This document shows positions 26,881 to 34,055 of a stretch of 64,000 nt of DNA, piece by piece. A program made the position numbers and the translations under genes. Every line of letters starts with the position of its first letter. Position 1 is the stretch's first letter. The stretch is from Octopus sinensis (lineage: Eukaryota): assembly GCF_006345805.1 (NCBI RefSeq), contig NC_043014.1:54994001-55058000 (forward strand), in the 5' to 3' direction. The notes below the pieces were generated by a model. It saw nothing but the letters and a program-made list of their open reading frames with translations, ran no database searches and was not told the DNA's origin.

Positions 26881-29800
26881 AGAAATATATACACTCACCA
26901 CACTTAGGTCTTGACAAGCAATACCATTTAAAGAGAGAATGAGGTCACCAACTTTTAGCTTCCTGGCGGCATCATTTGATAGCTTGGTTATAAGAAAATA
27001 CTGGAAAAAATAGAAGAAAGAAAAATTACTAAATTTCAAAACTTCCACTTGTCTTCTTTCTACTTTTTTTTTCTATCAGGAGGATTTGCTTTCTGACCAA
27101 TATTTAACCCTTTAGTAATTTAAACCGGCCATATCCGGCCAAAATATTTAATCTGTTTTATGTTCAAACTGACCAGATCCAGGCCCTCACACCTACCCTA
27201 CAATGTTATTCTACATTAAGTAATTACACCATCAAGATCTTGAAGATATGAGATAATGCATGATTAATTCAAATCAATGGGAATCAATAGGGATTATGTT
27301 TGATAGAATAATCTAAACACTAAAGAGTTAATTATAAAAGAGTTCACAGAAGAATTGATGACACAGCAGAGCATCCAGACACTTGTGGAGAAGAAGGCAA
27401 CCCCAGACTGTGTCCAGTCTGCTCTGTAAGGTGGTCGACAAATGAAAGCAGCAGATGCAGCGTGAAGAGGGGCCTAAAGTTTGGTTGAGGACAGGAGAAT
27501 CTCTCCAGAGCTAGTGCTTACTCCCTCAACATCATTTAGTGTCTGCTTTCAATGGTGGCATGGGTTTAATAGTTTGACTGGAACTGGTAAGTGGGAGAGC
27601 TGTAACAGGCTCCAGCTTGGCCTGGTTTCTATGGCTGGATGCTCTTCCTAATACCTGTACGCTAAAAAATGGTAGACGGACAATTCATCAACCGACAGTT
27701 GGCCGAGAGACAACTTACAGACAGGACAATTGACCGATTGGACAATTTGCCAAAAGGACAATATGTCGATAATTTTTAAAAAACAAAGTAAAAATTATGA
27801 AAAAGTTTTATTAGACTTACAAATAAAAGTAATTTATTTATAAAAAGATATTACGCAAAATAGGTCAACATGAAAAAAAAGCACAAAAGGTTTTGTTTGT
27901 CTTACAAATAGAAATACAGAAATCACATACAGGAGTGGCTGTGTGGTAAGTAGCTTGTTTACCAACCACATGGTTCTGGGTTCAGTCCCACTGTGTGGCA
28001 CCTTGGGCAAGTGTCTTTTACTATAGCCTCGGGCCGACCAAAGCCTTGTGAGTGGATTTAGTAGACGGAAACTGAAAGAAGCCTGTCGTATATATATATA
28101 TATATAGCAATTAAGGACAACTACTTAATAAGGAAAACTTAACAAGAAATTGTCAGGTAGATAGCGTGAAAACCTCATAAGAGAAAAAATTTCGAAAATA
28201 ATTATTTCTTATTGAACATATTAATTTATATATAGAGGGCATTATACATACATGCCAGAAGGCATTATACATAAATGCCACACGCTAAGAGGGACAATTA
28301 GTCATTTCTACCAAAAATATTACTAATCCCACCGAATGCAATTTTTCAAAGTAAGACATTTAAAAAATATAGACCTGTATCACAGTGATTTCATACTTAC
28401 GTATTCATCAGCAGGCCTGAATGTATTATAAATAAACAACGACCTTGCCCCGCTTAAGCCGATCAGCTAACTGATCAACATCAACGACGCACATGGGTGA
28501 GTTTACATATATTACATCCGGATAAATGGCAAACTTTTACGAATTGCATTTCGGGAGAGGAAAAGTTTTTTCGGAATAAAAATTTAGCAATTAAGGACAA
28601 CTACTTAATAAGGAAAACTTAACAAGAAATTGTCAGGTAGATAGCGCTTAAGCGGGGCAAGGTCGTTGTTTATTTATAATACATTCAGGCCTGCTGATGA
28701 ATACGTAAGTATGAAATCACTGTGATACAGGTCTATATTTTTTTAAATGTCTTACTTTGAAAAATTGCATTCGGTGGGATTAGTAATATTTTTGGTAGAA
28801 ATGACTAATTGTCCCTCTTAGCGTGTGGCATTTATGTATAATGCCTTCTGGCATGCATGTATAATGCCCTCTATATATAAATTATATATATATATATATA
28901 TAATGTGTGTGTTTGTGTGTCTGTGTTTGTCCCCTTAGCATTGCTTGACAACCGATGCTGGTGTGTTTAGGTCCCCGTCACTTAGCAGTTCGGCAAAAAA
29001 AGAGACCGATAGAATAAGTACAGGGCTTACAAAAGAATAAGTCCTGGGGTCGAGTTGCTCGATTAAAGGCGGTACTCCAGCATGGCCGCAGTCAAATGAC
29101 TGAAACAAGTAAAAGAGTAAAAGAGTATACAATTATGGACACCTGTCCTTAAAAATTCCAACCCAGCTTCATCATTGTAATGAAGAACAAGTTTTAAGTC
29201 TTTCCTTTGGGTGAATTTATTTTTTGCTTTTCCTTGCCACTTCAATCCCTGAAATGGCCAGTTTTATTACCATTTCGGTTTGGGACTGTTCTACCTTAAC
29301 CCTTTCATTACCATATTTATTTTGAGATGTTCTGTGTTTCTTTCAATTATTTTAAATCATCATCATCATCATCATCATCATTTAGCGTCCGTTTTCCATG
29401 CTAGCATGGGTTGGACGGTTCAACTGGGGTCTGTGAAGCCAGAAGGCTGCATCAGGCCCAGTCTGATCTGGCAGTGTTTCTACGGCTGGATGCCCTTCCT
29501 AACGCCAACAACTCCGTGAGTGTAGTGGGTGCTTTTTACGTGCCACCCGCACAGGAGCCAGACGGAGCTGGCAAACGGCCACGAACGGATGGTGCTTTGG
29601 GCAAACGGCCATGAACGGATGGTGCTTTTACGTGCCACCGGCACGGAGGCCAGACAGGGCGGCGCTGGCAATGGCCACGAATGGATGGTGCTTTTTACGC
29701 GTCACCGGCACGGAGGCCAGTCGGGGCAGCGCTGGCAACGGCCACGATCGGATGGTTTAAATATAACAAAGAAATTAGTAAAATAACTTAGTTATCATTC

Positions 29801-32123
29801 AGCTAGTGTTTGGAACATAAATTGTGACTAAGGTTTGATAGAAGATTTTAATTCAAAACTTATGAAAACAAGACATTTGTACTACAGAGCCAGAAGTGGT
29901 TTCAGCCGGGTTGGTAACGAAAGGGTTAAGCTTCTCAATTTGGATATGTTAGGGTGATGGATGTTAATTCTTCTACTGAAGGCGTGGTGCCAACCTCCTA
30001 GGGAGTTGTTGGTTTCCGGGAGATCATTGAGAACTCTGTGGTAGCACTACCATAAAGAAAAGTCAGACAGTGGTCGTTGATGTCTCCCACATTGCATGAT
30101 TCCTACCCGAGTACACACAAAATAAGACAGGAATTCCTCCAAAATTTCATCAATTTGAACACTTAAAGAATGAAGGAATTGTTCAAACAGTATCTACGTC
30201 ATTAGGTGGCACAAAAGGTAACGCTTGCAGCTGTTTTATAATAAATGCATTTTCTCCTTAGGTAATAAACCACATTTGTAAACCTGTGCCCTGTATCTCA
30301 TAGCTTTGAGATTTCAGTGATGTGACTGTTTATTTTTAGAACGACATTGTAGGATAGGTGTGATAGGCTGAATCTGGCCAGTTTGAACATAAAATAGGTA
30401 GAATATTTGGGCCGGATGTGGCCAGTTTAAACCAGCCAAAGGGTTAAAATTCAGAACAAGCTACAAAGGACTAGGAAACGCACAGGTTTACTCACCATAG
30501 AAGTGTTCACCGAGTTTTTAGGAACCAACTGAAAAAAAGAAGAAGAAAAGAGATTGGTTAGATATGGATGGATGGAAGCACTCCGTCGGTTACGACGACG
30601 AGGGTTCCGGTTGATCCGAATCAGCGGAACAGCCTGCTCATGAAATTAACGTGTAAGTGGCTGAGCACTCCACAGACACGTGTACCCTTCACGTAGTTCT
30701 CGGGGATATTCAGCATGACACAGAGAGTGACAAGGCCGGCCCCTTGAAATACAGGTACAACAGAAACAGGAAGTAAGAGAAAGTTGTGGTGAAAGAGTAC
30801 AGCAAGGATCACCACCATCCCCTGCCGGAGCCTCGTGGAGCTTTAGGTGTTTTCGCTCAATAAACACTCACAATGCCCCGTCTGGGAATCGAAACCGCGA
30901 TCCTATGACCGCGAGTCCGCTGCCCTAATCACTGGGCCATTGATATGAAATAATATATGAATAACCTTTACTGCTACAAACACAAGGCCTGAAATTTTAG
31001 GAGCAGGGGTGAGTCAATTACATCAATCTCAGGGTGCAACAGGTGTATTCCATCGACCCAGAAAGGGTGAAAGATAAAGTTGACCTTGGCAGAGTTTGAA
31101 CTCAGAACTTAAAAACAGATGAAATGCCACTAAGCAGTTTGCCCAGAATGCTGACAGCTCTGCCGGCTCACTGCTGTGGTAAAGAATATAATGATTTACT
31201 AAAAGGACATATTGGAGAATGGTATCCAAATGAAAACTAACCAAAACCAATGACAGTGGCCACCACTTATGAAAGAAGCCACGTGTCGGCACAAGGGGGC
31301 CAAGGACTTATTCGTTTCCTCCCTGGAAGGATGCAAAAGTAAAGCAGAACTTGGTGGAATGCGAAATGAGAAACGTAAAGAGAAATAACAACAAGTTTGG
31401 CAGTGAAATATTTACCGAGGAAAGAAGGACTTCATAGACAAATCCAAATTTGCCGCTACTGGATCTCTTCAATATCACAGTTTTTGGTTTGGCATCCCAC
31501 TGGATGCTATCCGGATTCTTGAAGACAGCATCTTTCAGTGAGACTGTATCAGTGGCGACGGGTCTTGGCACCGGTTGACAATGACTGCTACCATCAGCAT
31601 CCAGCAGCAGAGAATTCATGCTGTTTGTGCTGCTGCTGTTGCTGCTGCTGCACACACTCGAGTTCAAACTCATCCTCTGAATATTATCATTGGAATCATG
31701 ACAGAGAGATCGGTACGCCTCCAAGAGGACAACGGTGCCGGACGACAGACTCAGCACACTCTCAACCTCCATTGGAGTCTTCAAGTGACGGATGTCAATT
31801 TCGTCGATTTTTGTGATGTAGTGGTATTTGGTCAACTCTCGTGACAAGCAGGTGTCTTTCACCTGCGTCACCTTGGCGATGTTTCCACTGGAACATTTCT
31901 GGGAAACAGAAAGAAAGAAAAAAATTGGATGAGTGAATTAGAATGCAATTAAAGAATACGTAGACGTAGGAGTGGCTGTGTGGTAAGTAGCTTGCTTACG
32001 AACCACATGGTTCCGGGTTCAGTCCCACTGCGTGGCACCTTGGGCAAGTGTCTTCTACTACAGCCTCGGGCCGACCAAAGCCTTGTGAGTGGATTTGGTA
32101 GACGGAAACTGAAAGAAGCCTGT

Positions 32124-32178
<55 letters not shown>

Positions 32179-33501
32179 ATATGTTTGTCCCCCTAGCATT
32201 GCTTGACAACCGATGCTGGTGTGTTTACGTCCCCATCACCTAGCGGTTCGGCAAAAAAGACCGATAGAATAAGTACTGGGCTTACAAAGAATAAGTCCCG
32301 GGGTCGAGTTGCTCGATTAAAGGCGGTGCTCCAGCATGGCCGCAGTCAAATGACTGAAACAAGTAAAAGAGTAAAGAGTAAGAGTAATACATCTAGGAGA
32401 CACTCATGCACACACACACACACACGTCATGAACACCTGCCAAGGTGGGCCAAAAGTCAAGAAGTATAAAAATACAGTTGGTGCAACAGCTGAAATCGCC
32501 AGGGTATATATATCCACAGACTGCAATATTCAGTCAGACCTTGTGTACACACACACACACACAGACACACACCAAACATACAAAACAGATTTGTAATGCC
32601 AGAATCGGTATTATGAGGTGAGTATAAGGGCACTGGAGAAGGGATTCCAGGAACTCTCCAATGGGACTAAAATGCTGCCAAAGTTCCATATTTTTACTTG
32701 TTACATTTTAGAAGTCAGAAAGTGCTCCAGCTGGACCAGTCACAGCCCAATGACTAAGACCAGTAAAAGAAAAGAATAACAACTGCACCATCACCATCAT
32801 CATCATCTAAAGCCAGTTTCCCATTGCACAAGTGCATCAGATTCCAGTGTCAGCCCTGGCATGGGTTCTGCGGCTGGATGCTGCCCTTCCTAATGCCAAC
32901 CACTTCACAAAGTGTGGACTAGATGCTTTTATACATCGTCGCCTTACTGGCACCTGTGCCGGTGGCATGTGTAAAAGATTCGAGCGAGGTCGTTGCCAGT
33001 ACCGCCTGACTGGCCCCCATGCCGGTGGCATGTAAAAAGCACCCACTACACCCTCGGAGTGGTTGGCGTTAGGAAGGGCATCCAGCTGTAGAAACCCTAC
33101 CAGATAAGATTGGAGCCTGGTGCAGCCATTTGGTTCGCCAGCCCTCAGTCAAAATCGTCCAACCCATGCCAGCATGGAAAGCGGACGTTAAACGGTGATG
33201 ATGATGATGATGATGATGATGATCCCTATTGAGGTTGTTATGCAGCTCACAAGACTAGAAACCCCGAGAGAAAAGGGGTCAGTATTAGGCTGTGAAAAAG
33301 GGGGAGAGAGTAAGAGGGATAGTGAGAGGCATCAAAGATATGTTAAAAAAAACCCCCAAAAAACCCAATTCTTACTTGAATAATTATGCTGAAACCCAAT
33401 TTGCCATCAGCCCTTCGTGGAACAGGAATCTTACAAGGTTTACCAGAATCAATAATGTCCTCATCCAGCCTAAAAAGCGGTTCGTCTTCTGCCATGCCCA
33501 T
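14513..33501 (-). CDS. Multi-exon gene: PDZ-PDZ-degenerate ROC-COR-Death domain protein (Roco-like), 858 aa
   Basis: Join of 33501-33376, 31898-31416, 27000-26899, 26135-25244, 21024-20586, 19133-18926, 17726-17612 and 14724-14513 = 2577 nt. All introns are GT..AG, phases match (0,0,0,1,2,0,1), and there is no internal stop. Domain motifs run across the exon junctions. Confidence 0.85.
14813..15050 (+). mobile_element. tRNA-derived SINE family B (MetaSINE-like central domain), representative copy
   Basis: GGCGGCGAGCTGGCAGAA...GAGTTCAAATTCC head and GCCTTTCATCCTTTCGGGGTCGATAAA..AGTACCAG domain. Other copies at ~52798-53035 (+), ~51010-51242 (-), and decayed ones at 2830-3020, 5140-5770, 6760-6930, 7210-7385, 30975-31170, 40835-40950, 55690-55910 and 56660-57060. 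Confidence 0.8.
15790..16250 (+). mobile_element. CR1-clade LINE 3' fragment (family 1)
   Basis: LFKLHPSNTRGHVYKVRKQHSSHDFRKHFFTVRVAEAWNKLPASVV matches the CR1 C-terminal motif. Other copies at ~4545-4880 (+) and ~15070-15390 (-). Confidence 0.85.
17612..17726 (-). CDS. Roco-like gene coding exon 7 (Death domain N-half)
   Basis: Acceptor ttccattttcag, donor G|gtaag. GKVIDVEKMSVLELNSKILFHICLELNSNPSLNWKMLA matches death-domain helices 1-2 (LCxxLD...WKxLA). Not in the ORF track. Confidence 0.85.
18926..19133 (-). CDS. Roco-like gene coding exon 6 (COR C-terminal, Cys/His-rich)
   Basis: Acceptor ttttctctag (phase 2), donor ATC|gtaagt. ITTQSNEETLFHIFQQLHQVCVAVFPYSFFKYYGRCHNPQCIYCCH... Confidence 0.8.
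20000..20552. mobile_element. TTAA-type MITE (family B) interrupted by a CR1-like LINE 3' fragment
   Basis: Same family as the intact copy at 27104-27331. LINE insert at 20148-20471 with 5-bp TSD AGATA (20143-20147 and 20472-20476). Confidence 0.8.
20586..21024 (-). CDS. Roco-like gene coding exon 5 (COR-like)
   Basis: Acceptor tttctttag (phase 1), donor GA|gtgagt. NGIVDQQVL...LLESHNVILSL...KYYIPCLQ...FLRLVISF resembles COR GxLxxxxL, LLxxF and YxIPxxL motifs. Confidence 0.85.
21747..22135 (-). mobile_element. RTE-like LINE 3' fragment
   Basis: LSWKRHPTKMQIYGKLPPVSSLVKGRRVQFAGHCCR...RGRTLSYPDVISRD...MMDREVWR; (atg)n tail. Confidence 0.85.
22358..22780 (+). mobile_element. CORE-type SINE family A, representative full copy
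   Basis: tRNA-like A/B boxes, CORE-like accttgggcaagt, internal (TA)n(TG)n and a (gagtaaaa)n tail. Other copies at ~12742-13126, 16793-17190, 31968-32380, 43075-43230, 43289-43705, 58324-58705 and 60547-60955 (+), and 46008-46425, 47930-48310 and 57140-57640 (-). Confidence 0.9.
23557..23790 (-). mobile_element. Mariner transposase C-terminal remnant with TIR-like end
   Basis: Minus frame LLVEYFSSRKSEFQKRGLASLPVSWKSIVENKGEDILE* resembles mariner FFxxKxxxFYxxGIxxLxxRWxxxVxxxGxY. attgggtctcatcccataaataatgc resembles a mariner TIR. Confidence 0.75.
23985..24378 (+). mobile_element. RTE-tailed short repeat family C, representative copy with tandem ~66-bp modules
   Basis: Tail ggagtggttggcgttaggaagggcatccagctgtagaaac...ggacgttaaac(gat)n, shared with the RTE LINE. 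Other copies at ~1815-2060, 6990-7165 and 29357-29757 (-), and 18040-18185, 18575-18855, 19580-19720, 32950-33220, 37890-38215, 50760-50990 and 58855-59150 (+). Confidence 0.85.
25244..26135 (-). CDS. Roco-like gene coding exon 4 (PDZ2 end, degenerate ROC domain, COR start)
   Basis: 892-nt open exon; acceptor ttttattctccag, donor G|gtaagt. ELRLIIQRP ends PDZ2. KRVFLCGPAAMVYYNFLVNRL lies at the P-loop position. FTKNSIFFIMLD...RYIHTIQSCVGKEVQIKVKCVCQD resembles ROC FLTxxAIYLLVFD...WLxxI...VILVGTHxD. Confidence 0.85.
26695..26742 (+). ncRNA. Type I minimal hammerhead ribozyme, U3-A8 variant
   Basis: cag-TTGAAAA-ggtc[tcaaaat]gacc-GAAA-ccgg-TA-ctg. Stems I and II are intact, stem III is palindromic (ACCGGT), and the core has C3->U and G8->A. 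Predicted cleavage 26734|26735. Confidence 0.7.
26899..27000 (-). CDS. Roco-like gene coding exon 3 (PDZ2 core)
   Basis: Acceptor ttttttccag, donor GTG|gtgagt. YFLITKLSNDAARKLKVGDLILSLNGIACQDLSV contains the typical PDZ LxxGDxILxxNG motif. Confidence 0.9.
27104..27331. mobile_element. TTAA-type MITE family B, intact copy
   Basis: ttaaccctttag...ctaaagagttaa-like termini. Related copies at ~30290-30448, ~36053-36285, ~41208-41645 (containing a family A MITE at 41335-41564) and ~57830-58085. Confidence 0.75.
28371..28418 (-). ncRNA. Type I hammerhead ribozyme (identical inverted copy, sense to the Roco-like pre-mRNA)
   Basis: Exact reverse complement of 28687-28734; predicted cleavage 28378|28377. 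Confidence 0.9.
28687..28734 (+). ncRNA. Type I hammerhead ribozyme, canonical core
   Basis: aggcctg-CTGATGA-atac[gtaa]gtat-GAAA-tca[ctg]tga-TA-caggtct. Stem I is 7 bp (one G-U), stem II is 4 bp with a GNRA loop, stem III is short and near-palindromic. Predicted cleavage 28727|28728. Confidence 0.9.
29296..29929. mobile_element. TTAA MITE (family A) split by an RTE-tailed repeat insertion
   Basis: MITE halves at 29296-29357 and 29756-29929; 7-bp TSD TTTAAAT at 29351-29357 and 29756-29762. Confidence 0.85.
30570..30945 (-). mobile_element. tRNA-derived SINE family D
   Basis: Minus head atggcccagtgattagggcagcggactcgcggtc...ggtttcgattcccagac. A related copy with a different tail lies at ~35062-35348 (-). 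Confidence 0.75.
31416..31898 (-). CDS. Roco-like gene coding exon 2 (PDZ1 C-half, Ser-rich linker, PDZ2 start)
   Basis: Acceptor tttctgtttcccag, donor TCG|gtaaat. KCSSGNIAKVTQVK...VVLLEAYR...SSSNSSST...KTVILKRSSSGKFGFVYEVLLSS. Confidence 0.9.
33376..33501 (-). CDS. Roco-like gene coding exon 1 (start; N-terminal part of PDZ1)
   Basis: Acceptor tcctttcag at 33532; in-frame TGA upstream of the ATG at 33501. MGMAEDEPLFRLDEDIIDSGKPCKIPVPRRADGKLGFSIIIQ ends at donor gtaag; GKLGF is the PDZ carboxylate-binding loop. Not in the supplied ORF track. Confidence 0.85.
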
Positions 33502-33765
33502 ATCATTAAACACTTGGTCAATACATCAAAACTGAAAGGAGAAGAGAAACTCGTTGAATTTTATTAATTTCCAGGTAATTCCTCTCTGTTTCTTTATAAT
33601 TTCATTAAACAGACACACAGAGATTCGTTTGGTAGACAGACAACTTGTATGAATTAAATTTTCAGGGTATTAATTAGTACGTGCAAATTAATAAATTAGT
33701 GAGAGAAATAGGAAAGATACTTCATGTGGCAGTGTTAAACATTTAAAAAAAAAATCATTATTTGA

Positions 33766-33814
<49 letters not shown>

Positions 33815-33819
33815 GATAA

Positions 33820-34055
33820 GGCAAATGGCGTAGTGGTTAAGAGTGCGGGCTACTAACCCCAAGATTCTGAGTTCGATTCCAGGCAGTGACCTGAATAATA
33901 ACAACAACAACAACATTGAAAAATACCTTAGGAATGAGAACCCAGGTTCGAAATTTCCCCAAGAGACCTGATGAAGGCTGGAGGGTATATCAGCCGAAAC
34001 GTGTTAACGACAAACAGGATGAGGACAAATATCCATCAAATGTAAATAATGTAAA
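33820..34055 (+). mobile_element. tRNA-headed SINE-like element with a decayed hammerhead/Penelope-like tail
   Basis: A box TGGCGTAGTGG and B box GAGTTCGATTCC (33820-33891), then (aac)n, then CTGATGA-a-ggctg[..]cagcc-GAAACGT at 33968-34002. Lies between (aat)n tracts. Confidence 0.65.

Larger units (their letters stand above)
28105..28884 (-). mobile_element. Non-autonomous hammerhead-bearing (retrozyme/Penelope-like) insertion with direct and inverted duplications
   Basis: 62-bp exact direct repeat at 28105-28166 and 28585-28646 (period 480). Inverted repeat at 28222-28459 and 28646-28884 with 2 differences. Flanked by (TA)n of the host SINE; no ORF seen. Confidence 0.8.
27931..29126 (+). 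mobile_element. CORE-type tRNA-derived SINE (family A) hosting the hammerhead insertion in its central (TA)n
   Basis: Head aggagtggctgtgtggtaag...caccttgggcaagtgtc at 27931-28090 and tail tttgtcccc..gcattgcttgacaaccgatgctgg...gaaacaagtaaaagag at 28900-29126; compare uninterrupted copies. Confidence 0.85.

Noticed and set aside
33820-33891. Functional tRNA gene
   Set aside because: The acceptor and T stems do not pair well and the anticodon would be an atypical ACT; it is better read as a SINE head.
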